From an uncultured beta proteobacterium (GTDB lineage: Bacteria; Pseudomonadota; Gammaproteobacteria; Burkholderiales; SG8-41), in NCBI GenBank assembly GCA_963804885.1, contig CAWDSF010000019.1:19215-83214 (forward strand): a DNA stretch of 64,000 nt. Reading direction: 5' to 3'. Below, one piece after another: positions 11,749-20,168 of the stretch. Every line of letters starts with the position of its first letter. Position 1 is the first letter of the stretch. The position numbers were made by a program, and so were the translations under genes. The notes beneath the pieces are model-generated. The model was not told the origin of the DNA. It did not search any database and worked only from the letters and a program-made list of their open reading frames with translations.

Positions 11749-13806
11749 CTAGCCGCGCTGAAGCCAGAACTGGTACATGCCCGCAAAGGCGTCCGGATGC
11801 TCGGTCTCGAACGCCTGCCAATGATCCAGATTGGTCATCGACGGATCCTGCGGGAACGCCACGCGGTAAGCCTGCTGGCGGGCGCCATCGAGCTCGAAGC
11901 CGATGAAGCCGAGATTCTGACTGCGCACGAACGATCTGATGTCTGCAATCGTGTGGCGATGCTCCTGCACATGCATCAGCAGATCGCGGCATTCGCTCAT
12001 GCTGAAGAAATCATGGAACTTGGCGATGGTGCGGAGCGGCGTCTCCATCAGCTCGTGCCGCAAGCGGCGGATGTCGTCGGGCACCGGGCGATAGCCGCGT
12101 TCGGCCGCCAGCCGCTGCGCGGCGACCACATCGCGCCGCGCCAGCTCGCTGTAGAGCCCGATCCGCATGAACCCGCCCGGCCGCACCAGCGCATGCAGAA
12201 TGCGCCAGCCCGCCATCGGATCGGCGAGATGGTGCAGAACGCCGCTGGCGTCGACCAGATCGAAACTCCGGCCGAGCGATCCCAGCGCCAGAATGTCGGC
12301 CTGCGCGTATTCGACGTTGCTCAGGCCGAGCTCGCGGGTCTTGCGCTGCGCGTAGCTCAGGCTCGCGAGACTGAGGTCGACCGCCAGCACCCGGCGCGCC
12401 GCGATGTTGCGCGCCACTCCGATGGAATTCTGGCCGCTGCCGCAGCCCGCGATCAGGATGTCGGCGCCGCCGCCCGGCGCACGGATCGGCGCCGTCGGAA
12501 ATTTCCAGCGGACGTGCTGCTCCAGGCTCAGCGGCGACACGCCGGCAGGAGCGACCACCCAGCGCGGATAGGGATTTTCCTCGTATTGCTCGCGGACCTT
12601 GCGCGACGTGTCATCGTTGATCGGAGTCAGCCGGGCGATCTCGTCGCGCTGCTGCCGCTCGGCGAAAACCTCACGGACCTGCTGGGTCAGCAGCGCCGCC
12701 ACCGGCTCCGGCCAGGCGCGAGCGAGCAGCGCTTGCGGGTCGGCGAGATCATGGAGCGGGCCGTAGCACGCGATGGCGACGAGCCAGAGCGCCGGCGCCT
12801 CGCGGCCGGCGGCGAGCGCGTCACTCAGCCGATGCCTGAGCGAGCCGGCCTTGGCTTGTTCATCGGCACCGGCCGCAAAGACATATTCGTTGATGAAGCA
12901 TTGCCGCGCCAAGGTACAGCCAAGCCGCAACACGCCGTCCGCTTGACCGTCTTCCGTCATGGCGCGCGTCAGCAGAGCGCCGCGCAGCGCGGTGAGGAAG
13001 CGTTCCAAGTCCATGTCACGAACGGTGATCAGCTCGAGCACCCGCCGCAGCAGCACGTCGTCGGCGATCGCGGCCATGCCGCCGGTGCCCAGCAGCTCGC
13101 GCTCCGGCAATAGCGTCGGCCAGGCCGCGGCCGCGCGCTTGACCGCTTCGTCCAGCGCCGGATTGAGCCGGTAGAGCGTGCCGGCGAGGTTTGCGAACAG
13201 ATCGATCAGCTCCGGCGCAAGCTCGAGCGCCCGGACAAACTGCGCCGAGGCCTCGCCGGACTTGCCCTGCGCCAGCAGCGCCGCACCGAGGTTGTTGTGC
13301 GCATCGGCAAAATCCGGCTTGAGCGACAGCGCGCGCTGGTAAAGGCCGGCGGCCTCGGCAGGCTGGCCGCGCTCCATGGCGAGATTGCCGAGGTTGAGAT
13401 AGGTCCGCGCGTAGTCCGGTTGCGGTCCGGCCGCGTTATGAGCGGCGTCGAGCGCGCGCGCCCGTTCGAACGCGGCGACCGCGTCCTCGATCCACCCGGC
13501 TTCGGCAAGCGCGCGGCCGAGACCATAGTGGACCGCGGCGATGTCGGGCTTCAGCGCAATCACGCTGCGAAAGCGCGCCGCCGCCTCGTCGTGCGCGCCG
13601 CGGCTCTGCGCCAGCACGCCGAGCATGTGCAGACCGCCGAGGTGCTTCGGATCGCGCTCGAGGATGGTGCGGCACGCCGCCTCGGCTTCGAACCACTGGC
13701 CGAGCTGGTGGTGCCGCAGTGCCTGCTTGAACAGCGCATCGGTGGCGCCGGACGAACCGCCGGCTGGCCCGCGGCTTTTCGCGGCGCGCCGTTGCTTGCA
13801 ATTCAT
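11749..13806 (-). CDS. TPR-repeat protein fused to a class I SAM-dependent methyltransferase domain
   Basis: Intact ORF. Start set at MNCKQRRAAK (13806) because the longer ORF (to 13857) would overlap the tRNA. TPR head, then the SAM motif ILIAGCGSGQNS and LVDASGVLHHLADP. Confidence 0.85.
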   Translation of the reverse strand: MNCKQRRAAKSRGPAGGSSGATDALFKQALRHHQLGQWFEAEAACRTILERDPKHLGGLHMLGVLAQSRGAHDEAAARFRSVIALKPDIAAVHYGLGRALAEAGWIEDAVAAFERARALDAAHNAAGPQPDYARTYLNLGNLAMERGQPAEAAGLYQRALSLKPDFADAHNNLGAALLAQGKSGEASAQFVRALELAPELIDLFANLAGTLYRLNPALDEAVKRAAAAWPTLLPERELLGTGGMAAIADDVLLRRVLELITVRDMDLERFLTALRGALLTRAMTEDGQADGVLRLGCTLARQCFINEYVFAAGADEQAKAGSLRHRLSDALAAGREAPALWLVAIACYGPLHDLADPQALLARAWPEPVAALLTQQVREVFAERQQRDEIARLTPINDDTSRKVREQYEENPYPRWVVAPAGVSPLSLEQHVRWKFPTAPIRAPGGGADILIAGCGSGQNSIGVARNIAARRVLAVDLSLASLSYAQRKTRELGLSNVEYAQADILALGSLGRSFDLVDASGVLHHLADPMAGWRILHALVRPGGFMRIGLYSELARRDVVAAQRLAAERGYRPVPDDIRRLRHELMETPLRTIAKFHDFFSMSECRDLLMHVQEHRHTIADIRSFVRSQNLGFIGFELDGARQQAYRVAFPQDPSMTNLDHWQAFETEHPDAFAGMYQFWLQRG

Positions 13807-13829
13807 CGATCGGATGTTCCGCGGCGGCG

Positions 13830-13921
13830 TGGCGGAGAGGATGGGATTCGAACCCATGATACGGGGTTAGCCGTATAACGGTTTAGCAAACCGCCGCCTT
13901 CAGCCACTCGGCCACCTCTCC
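13830..13921 (-). tRNA. tRNA-Ser (anticodon GCU)
   Basis: Minus-strand sequence GGAGAGGTGGCCGAGTGGCTGAAGGCGGCGGTTTGCTAAACCGTTATACGGCTAACCCCGTATCATGGGTTCGAATCCCATCCTCTCCGCCA. It has a 7-bp acceptor stem, anticodon loop TTGCTAA, a long variable arm (ATACGG/CCGTAT), a GGTTCGAATCC T-loop and an encoded CCA. Confidence 0.95.
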
Positions 13922-13939
13922 GTCGGGGCCGATATCTAC

Positions 13940-14062
13940 CAGGAGTCAGGAATTCAGGAGTCAGGAATTCGGGAGTTCAGGAGCCAGGAGTCAGGAAGTC
14001 AGGACCAAGCCAATAGCTGATCCCTAACTCCTGGCTCCTGACTCCTGGTTCCTAGACTCCTG
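13940..14062. repeat. Two inverted arrays of a degenerate heptamer/octamer (CAGGAGY / RCTCCTG) around a roughly 20-bp spacer
   Basis: CAGGA starts at 13940, 13947, 13955, 13962, 13978, 13985, 13992 and 14000. The complement TCCTG/TCCTA starts at 14029, 14036, 14043, 14050 and 14058. ccaggagtcagga (13984-13996) is exactly complementary to 14036-14048. Confidence 0.75.
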
Positions 14063-14352
14063 ATCAAGCCGCCGCGCGGAGCGAAGCGACCGGCGTCAGC
14101 GGTCAATTCCGGATGCGCCTTGAGCCAGTCGCGCGCGGCGCGCTGCGCCTGCCCGATCTCGGCGTCCGTCATCTCGGCCGCGACCTCGCGGCGAAGCTGC
14201 GCCGCCTCGGCGTGGCCGTTCATGGCCGCGATGTTGAACCACTTGTGCGCGGTGATGAGATCGACCGGGACCTCGCGTCCGCTTGCATGCATCATGCCGA
14301 GCTCGAACATCGCCTCAGGCGTGATCAGTTCCTGTCCTTGCAAATCAGTCAT
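13999..14352 (-). CDS. Sel1-like repeat protein (small); its C-terminal tail reads into the heptamer repeat
   Basis: Intact 117-aa ORF. ELGMMHASGREVPVDLITAHKWFNIAAMNGHAEAA is a Sel1/TPR-like unit. The last 20 or so codons (SQEPGVRDQLLAWS) are encoded by the repeat arm. Confidence 0.7.
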   Translation of the reverse strand: MTDLQGQELITPEAMFELGMMHASGREVPVDLITAHKWFNIAAMNGHAEAAQLRREVAAEMTDAEIGQAQRAARDWLKAHPELTADAGRFAPRGGLIRSLGTRSQEPGVRDQLLAWS

Positions 14353-14575
14353 CGTGGCTCCCCCTGTGCGCGCGCCCGTTCATCCGTGCGTCGCGCCTGC
14401 CGCTCCACCGGTATCCCCGGTCTGATGCGCGGATCATCGGATTAAAATTTGAACAGTGGTTTAAGGGTCGCGATAAATCACAGGTGAACGGCTCGACGTC
14501 GCGCTATTGCCGCAACGGACCGTTAACAACGCAAACCGCTGCGGCTGCGAGCTTGTTGCTGCGCGGTGACGACCC

Positions 14576-14630
14576 GCTAACCTTCGCCGTTGCGCTTGTG
14601 CTAACCAACGCCGCAGCCGTTCGCGCTTGT
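14576..14630. repeat. Imperfect tandem direct repeat (24 nt + 31 nt) in the sel1/psiF-like divergent intergenic region
   Basis: gctaaccttcgccgttgcgcttgt is followed directly by gctaaccaacgccgcagccgttcgcgcttgt. They share a GCTAACC...CGCC...GTT(C)GCGCTTGT frame. Confidence 0.55.
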
Positions 14631-14975
14631 CGGCGCGCGTGGCGTCACCAGCCCCAAACGCTTCCCGGGGGGGCCGATGCCACGATGATCGCCGACACGG
14701 GCCCGCGTTCGCCCTCGCCGCACGCGCAGCTGATCCCGGGCCTGCCGATCGTGCCCTGGTGAAGCCGGACGGCGCCGGCGCAACGCCGGGACGGCGAGAC
14801 CAGCAAACGGCAGATTCGCGCGGTCTGGCGCAACCGCGGAAGACCGGGACAAAACCAACCGGCGCGCAGGTCAAGCCGCCTTCCGTCCGCCGCTGAACAA
14901 TCGTAGGCTGTATTCGGCCGTCCGCGATCGGGGCAATCGCGCCGCGCCGCAATTGCAGCCCAAGGGGAGTTCATC

Positions 14976-15254
14976 ATGTTGAAGCGTTTGCTGGTGGCGG
15001 CCACGGCCGTCGCGCTGATCGCGGCTCCGGTCGCCTCCGCCTATGCGCAGGCCACCACGACCGAGAAAGCCAAGACTGCGAAACCCAAGACTGAAAAGGC
15101 CAAGACCGAGAAGGTGGCCAAGCCGCTCACACCGCAGCAGCAGAAGATGAAGGACTGCGCCGCGAAGTGGAACGAAGAGAAGACCGCCAAGAAGGTGAGC
15201 GGCCGCGCCGCCCACAACAAGTTCATGAGCGGCTGCCTGAAGGGCACCGCCTGA
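14976..15254 (+). CDS. PsiF-repeat family small secreted protein
   Basis: Intact 92-aa ORF with signal peptide (AYA-QA), AAGGGGAG upstream, a Lys-rich linker and a PQQQKMKDCAAKWNEEK...KFMSGCLKG motif typical of PsiF repeats. Confidence 0.7.
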   Translation: MLKRLLVAATAVALIAAPVASAYAQATTTEKAKTAKPKTEKAKTEKVAKPLTPQQQKMKDCAAKWNEEKTAKKVSGRAAHNKFMSGCLKGTA

Positions 15255-15289
15255 CACGCTTGCCTGACACGCCTGACGCCAAACGCACC

Positions 15290-15328
15290 GAGGGCGTCGA
15301 CGAGACTTCCAGTCCCGTCGACGCCCTC
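15290..15328 (+). terminator. Perfect 13-bp hairpin downstream of the psiF-like gene
   Basis: gagggcgtcgacg-(13 nt loop)-cgtcgacgccctc, 36 nt after the stop. There is no clear T-run, so intrinsic termination is only plausible. Confidence 0.5.
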
Positions 15329-15450
15329 TGCCGTCTGTCGATGCCGGTTGGTCTAAGGATCAATCGCTCTGCGCAAACCGATCCATGACGCTCACCGGAC
15401 CGTATGACGTAACCTTCAGCGTGAAAGCCGAAGATCGAATTCGGCGTAGG

Positions 15451-15510
15451 CTACTTCTTCTTCCTGCGCTTCGCCGTCTTCTTCGCCGCTTTCTTCCTTC
15501 TCTTCGCCAT
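15451..15510 (-). CDS. Candidate 19-codon Lys/Arg-rich small ORF (MAKRRKKAAKKTAKRRKKK)
   Basis: AGGAGG lies 7 nt upstream of ATG (15508-15510) and TAG is at 15451-15453. The hairpin gccgaa-ttcgatc-ttcggc (15427-15445) followed by TTT lies just downstream on the same strand. It is too short for composition statistics. Confidence 0.35.
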   Translation of the reverse strand: MAKRRKKAAKKTAKRRKKK

Positions 15511-15745
15511 TTGCTGCCCTCCTAGCCACGATATGTGGCGATGTCGGAACAGTGCAGTCGCGAATCGACCTGCACTGCACTCCGATTACACCAGCGCGAT
15601 GAAAAAAACACCGACTCCGCTTAACGGAGAGTGTATGCGCGCGCAAAAATCGTTCGATTGGCGCTGGGTTCGAGACGTGCGATGTGCGCGGCTTGCACGA
15701 TCGAACGCAGTTGCTCGCTCGCGCGCGAGAATTTCGCGACCCGCC

Positions 15746-15780
15746 AAAAACCCCGATAAACCTTGGCTTTTCGCGGGTTT
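15746..15780 (-). terminator. Candidate intrinsic terminator about 270 nt downstream of gatB
   Basis: The minus strand reads AAACCCGCG-(loop)-CGGGGTTT followed by TTTTTGG. Confidence 0.4.
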
Positions 15781-16047
15781 GCGGCTCGCCGCCACGCATC
15801 CAAATTCGATCGCAACGGCGATGCGCACAGCGGCGCGCGGTGCACAAGTGCCGGTGACCCGTGACGGATTTGCCCGCTCAAAAATTTTTTTCCACAGAAC
15901 GTCATTCGATGCTTCGCGCCAACGCGGATTCGGTCAAAAGCGCGCAAATCGGCGCCGTCTGATTCGTCCGCGCGCGCTCGGCGCGCGACACTCGCGACGG
16001 CAAAAACGCAAAAATTCGTCGCGCGTGGCAGACCGCGGGCGCGGCGC

Positions 16048-17544
16048 TCAGAGACCGAGCTTGCTCTTGAGCAGCGTCGTTGACCGCCTGCGGATTGGCC
16101 TTGCCGCCGGACGCCTTCATCACCTGGCCGACGAACCAGCCGATCGCCTTCGGATTGGTCTTCGCATCGCGCGACCTTGTCGGGATTGCCGGCGATGATC
16201 TCGTCGACGACCTTCTCGATCGCGCCCAGGTCGGTGACCTGCTTCATGCCGCGCTGCTCGACGATCGCGCGCGGGTCGCCGCCCTCGCTCCAGACGATCT
16301 CGAACAGGTCCTTGGCGATCTTGCCGGAGATCGTGCCGTCGGCGATCAGGTCGAGGATCGCGCCGAGCTGCGCCGCGCCGACCGGGCGAGTGCGCGATGT
16401 CCTTGCCTTCCTTGTTGAGGCGGCCGGTCAGCTCGTTGATCACCCAGTTCGCCGCGCTCTTGGCGTCGCGCCCCTTGGCCACCGTCTCGAAAAAGTCGGC
16501 GGTCGCGCGCTCGGCCACCAGCACGTCGGCGTCGTAGGCCGACAGGCCGTGCTCGCGCACGAACCGCGCCTTCTTCTCGTCCGGCAGTTCCGGCAGATGC
16601 GCCTTCAGCGCGTCGACCTAGGCCTGCGTCGAATTCGAGCGGCAGCAGGTCCGGATCGGGGAAATAGCGATAGTCGTGCGCCTCCTCCTTGCGTGCGCAT
16701 CGAGCGCGTCTCGCCCTTGTCGGGATCGAACAGCCGCGTCTCCTGCTCGATCGTGCCGCCGTCCTCGATGATCTCGATCTGGCGCCGCGCCTCGTGCTCG
16801 ATCGCCTGGCCGATGAAGCGGATCGAGTTCATGTTCTTGATCTCGCAGCGCGTGCCGAGCGGCGCGCCCGGCTTGCGCACCGACACGTTGACGTCGGCGC
16901 GCAGGCTGCCCTTCTCCATGTCGCCGTCGCAGGTGCCGAGATAGCGCAGGATCGAGCGCAGCTTCGCGACGATAGGCCTGCGCCTGCTCGGCCGAGCGGA
17001 TGTCCGGCTTCGACACGATCTCCATCAGCGCGACGCCGGAGCGGTTGAGATCGACGTAGCGACATCGTCGGATGCTGGTCGTGCAGCGACTTGCCGGCGT
17101 CCTGCTCGAGATGCAGCCGCTCGATGCCGACGGTGACGGTCTCGCCGTCGGGCATGTCGACCTCGACCTCGCCCTCGCCCACGATCGGCTGACTTGTACT
17201 GGCTGATCTGATAGCCCTGCGGCAGGTCGGGATAGAAATAGTTCTTCCGGTCGAACACCGATTTCAGGTTGATCTTGGCGTTCAGCCCGAGCCCGGTGCG
17301 CACCGCCTGCCGCACGCATTCCTCGTTGATCACCGGCAGCATGCCGGGCATCGCGGCATCGACCAGCGAGACGTGCGCTGTTGGGCGCGCCGCCGAATTC
17401 GGTCGAGGCGCCGGAGAACAGCTTGGCCTGCGAGGTGACCTGGGCATGCACCTCCATGCCGATCACGACCTCCCAGTCGCCGGTTTCGCCGCGAATGAGC
17501 TTCGAGGGCTGGGTCGAGGACTTGGTCGAGGACTTGGCGTTCAT
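16048..17544 (-). pseudogene. gatB: Asp-tRNA(Asn)/Glu-tRNA(Gln) amidotransferase subunit B; nine frame changes as written
   Basis: [36 protein letters not shown] starts at 17544 (ORF 16618-18213). Further pieces: ORFs 17025-17447 ([17 protein letters not shown]...[13 protein letters not shown]), 16829-17182 ([17 protein letters not shown]), 16605-16919 ([15 protein letters not shown]...NMNSIRF), 16120-16560 ([10 protein letters not shown]), 15621-16247 ([12 protein letters not shown]) and 15902-16123 ([14 protein letters not shown]). The end ...[11 protein letters not shown] at 16048-16050 comes from hand translation. Confidence 0.9.
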
Positions 17545-17655
17545 GACCTTCCCATCGCGCCGGCGGTCGCGCGCGTCAAGGGCACCGCCGATTGTCCGCG
17601 CTGGCGCGCCGCTATAGCCTCGGCGGCTCGCGCTGCAATCGCCGAGAGGCTCACC

Positions 17656-18645
17656 ATGATCACCCGCCGCCAGGCGCTCGGCCTGCTCGCCGCTCCGGCG
17701 CTGCTGCCACACTTGGCGCTGGCGCAACCGGCATTGGCGCAACCGGCCTGGCCGACGCGCTTCGTCCGCCTGGTGGTGCCGTTCACGCCCGGCGGCGGCA
17801 TCGACAGCGTGGCCCGCATCGTCGGCGCGCGGCTTTCGGAAGTCTGGGGCCAGCAGGTGGTGGTCGAGAACAAGCCCGGCGCCGGCGGCAACATCGCCTC
17901 CGAGTTCGTCGCCCGCGCCGAGCCCGACGGCCACACCCTCTACATCACCGCCGCCGGCCTGGTGGTGAACCAATATCTGTTCGCCTCGATCAATTACGAC
18001 CCGGCCGTCGACTTCGCGCCGGTGACGCTGATCTGCCTGTTCCCCAACCTGATGATCGTGCCGTCGTCGTCGCCGTTCCGCTCGGTCGGCGAGCTGATCG
18101 CCTTCGCCAAGGCCAACCCCGGCAAGCTCACCTTCGGCACGCCCGGCCACGGCAGCTCGCCGCACATGGCGGGCGAGCTGTTCAAGCATCTGGCCGGCGT
18201 CGATCTCACCCACGTGCCCTATCGCGGCGCGTCGCCGGCGCTGACCGACCTGATCGCGGGCCGCACCGACATGAGCTTTGCGGTGATGGCCTCAGGCCTG
18301 CCGCTGGCGCAGAACGGACAGGTCCGCGCCTTGGCGATCACCGCCGCGACCCGGGCGCAGGCCGCGCCCGACATCCCGACCATCGCCGAAGCCGGCGTGC
18401 CCGGTTACAATTCCTCGTCGTGGTTTGCCTTCGTAGCGCCAAGCAAGACCCCGACCGCGGTGATCCAGAAGATCCAGGCCGACACGGTGGCAGTGCTGGC
18501 CGAGCCCGCGATCAAGGAGCGGCTCGACAAGCTCGGCCTCACCATCGTGGGTTCGACATCGGCCGAACTCGCCGCGCATCTGAAGGTCGAGAAAGAGCGC
18601 TGGGAGCCGGTGATCAAGCGCGCCAACATCAAGGTCAATGAATGA
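17656..18645 (+). CDS. Bug-family (TctC-like) tripartite tricarboxylate transporter substrate-binding protein
   Basis: Intact from [11 protein letters not shown] (Tat-like RR signal) within ORF 17269-18645. It has the typical Bug motifs [29 protein letters not shown] and [10 protein letters not shown]. Confidence 0.9.
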   Translation: MITRRQALGLLAAPALLPHLALAQPALAQPAWPTRFVRLVVPFTPGGGIDSVARIVGARLSEVWGQQVVVENKPGAGGNIASEFVARAEPDGHTLYITAAGLVVNQYLFASINYDPAVDFAPVTLICLFPNLMIVPSSSPFRSVGELIAFAKANPGKLTFGTPGHGSSPHMAGELFKHLAGVDLTHVPYRGASPALTDLIAGRTDMSFAVMASGLPLAQNGQVRALAITAATRAQAAPDIPTIAEAGVPGYNSSSWFAFVAPSKTPTAVIQKIQADTVAVLAEPAIKERLDKLGLTIVGSTSAELAAHLKVEKERWEPVIKRANIKVNE

Positions 18646-18705
18646 ACGGGCTTACCGCTGAGGCGCGCCGCGCCTAGACTGAACGCGCCATCACAGGGGG
18701 CTGAC

Positions 18706-19452
18706 ATGACATCGAGGTTGCTTGCCGCCGGCGCCGGTTTGCTGCTGCTCGCCGGCGCGGCTCACTCAGCCGAGATCAAGGTGCTGTCCACGCAGGCGAC
18801 CGAGGACGCCTACAAGGAATTGGTGCCGCAATTCGAGCAGGCCACCGGCCACAAGGTCACGACCGTGTTCACCGGCACGCTCGGCGCCAACAAGCGCCTC
18901 GCCGACGGCGAGAGCTACGACATGCTGATCATGTCGAGCGGCTCGATCGACGAATATCTCAAAAGCGGCAAGCTCGCGGCGGGCTCCCGGGTCGACCTCG
19001 CCAAGTCAGGCGTCGGCATCGGGGTCAAGGCCGGCGCGCGCAAGCCCGACATCTCATCGGTCGAGGCGCTGAAGCAGACCATGCTGTCCGCCCGGTCGAT
19101 CGGCTATTCGACCGGGCCGAGCGGCATCTACATCGTCAGCCTGTTCGAGAAGCTCGGCATCGCCGATCAGGTCAAGGACAAGCTCAAGCAGACCCCGACC
19201 GGCGTGTTCGTCGGCACACTCATCGCCAGCGGCGAAGCTGAGATCGGCGTCCAGCAGGTCAGCGAACTGTCGCACTTCCCGGGCGTCGACTATGTCGGTC
19301 CGTTGCCGGAGGCGGTGCAGCGCTACACCACCTTCGCAAGCGGCATCGTCGCCGGCGCCAAGGAGAGTGAAGCCGCCAAGGCGCTGGTCAAGTTCATCAC
19401 TGCGCCGGCCGCCGCACCGGCCTACAAGAAGCGCGGCATGGAACTCGGGTGA
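18706..19452 (+). CDS. ModA-like (PBP2) periplasmic substrate-binding protein with signal peptide
   Basis: Intact 248-aa ORF. Signal peptide ...LLAGAAHSA-EIKVLST, with a molybdate/tungstate-binding-protein-like fold signature (TGPSGIY, EIGVQQVSEL). Confidence 0.8.
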   Translation: MTSRLLAAGAGLLLLAGAAHSAEIKVLSTQATEDAYKELVPQFEQATGHKVTTVFTGTLGANKRLADGESYDMLIMSSGSIDEYLKSGKLAAGSRVDLAKSGVGIGVKAGARKPDISSVEALKQTMLSARSIGYSTGPSGIYIVSLFEKLGIADQVKDKLKQTPTGVFVGTLIASGEAEIGVQQVSELSHFPGVDYVGPLPEAVQRYTTFASGIVAGAKESEAAKALVKFITAPAAAPAYKKRGMELG

Positions 19453-19456
19453 CGTC

Positions 19457-20146
19457 ATGGCAGGCGAAGTCAAAGTCCTCTCCTCGATCGCGACCAAGGA
19501 GGCCTATCTGGTGCTGGTGCCGCAGTTCGAGCGCGCCAGCGATCAGCAGGTCACGACCACCTGGGCCGGCACCGTCGAGATCATGAAGCGGATTCCGCAG
19601 GGCGAGGTGCACGACCTGATCATCGTATCCAGCACCGAGCTCGACGAACTGATCAAGCAAGGCAAGATCGCGGCCGGCTCGCGCCTCGATATCGCCAAGT
19701 CGGGCATCGGCGTCGCGGTGCGCGCCGGCGCGCCGAAGCCCGACATCAGCTCGGCCGAGGCGCTGAAGAAAACCCTGCTCGCGGCCAAAACCGTCGGCTA
19801 CACCAGCGGGCCGAGCGGCGTGTACATGGCCGGGCTGGTCGAGCGCATGGGGATCGCGGCCGAGATCAAGGCCAAGTTTCGCAGCGTGCCCTCCGGCGGC
19901 ACCATCGGCACCATCGTGGCCGCCGGCGATTGCGAGATCGGGTTCCAGCAGGTGAGCGAGCTGGTCCACATCAAGGGCATCGACTATGTCGGGCCGTTGC
20001 CGAAGGACATTCAGCGCATCACGGTGTTTGCGACCGGCGTGCACGCCAACGCCACGAACCCGGACGGTGCGAAAGCGCTGGCGCGGTTTCTGGCAGCGCC
20101 CGCAGCCGATGGTGCTATCAAGGCCGCGGGCCTGGAGCGGCCCTGA
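19457..20146 (+). CDS. ModA-like substrate-binding protein paralogue without a signal peptide
   Basis: ATG lies 5 nt after the previous stop. MAGEVKVLSSIATKEAY aligns with the mature start AEIKVLSTQATEDAY of the upstream copy and is collinear to the end (SGPSGVY, EIGFQQVSEL). Confidence 0.75.
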   Translation: MAGEVKVLSSIATKEAYLVLVPQFERASDQQVTTTWAGTVEIMKRIPQGEVHDLIIVSSTELDELIKQGKIAAGSRLDIAKSGIGVAVRAGAPKPDISSAEALKKTLLAAKTVGYTSGPSGVYMAGLVERMGIAAEIKAKFRSVPSGGTIGTIVAAGDCEIGFQQVSELVHIKGIDYVGPLPKDIQRITVFATGVHANATNPDGAKALARFLAAPAADGAIKAAGLERP

Positions 20147-20168
20147 CGATTGTCGTGGTGCAGGCGCG

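Noticed and set aside
5813-13921. Genomic island integrated at tRNA-Ser
   Set aside because: I saw no integrase, no transposase and no direct repeat of the tRNA 3' end in the flanking 8 kb. The neighbouring genes have the same composition as the rest of the window.
13940-14062. Possible CRISPR array or minisatellite next to tRNA-Ser
   Set aside because: The units are only 7-8 nt with no spacers, and the two halves are inverted complements. There are no cas genes. I call it an inverted heptamer array, not CRISPR.
14484-14762. 92-aa ORF in the sel1/psiF-like intergenic region
   Set aside because: The first half uses many A/T-ending codons (TTA, ACA, CAA, GCT, GGT, CTA, GTT), unlike genuine genes here. 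It has no motif and an alternative (GTG) start without an SD.
16618-16620. Possible in-frame TAG (nonsense or recoded codon) inside gatB at the ...EFD-x-QA-TAG-VDALK position
   Set aside because: The same nucleotides can be read as ...DAGL.. followed by a small indel with no stop. With this many frame errors nearby, the reading cannot be fixed from sequence alone.
16618-18213. 531-aa ORF spanning gatB and the start of the Bug-family gene region
   Set aside because: It is a composite. Only two short stretches (the gatB N-terminus and [25 protein letters not shown]) are real GatB sequence in this frame. The remainder is out-of-frame or antisense read-through.
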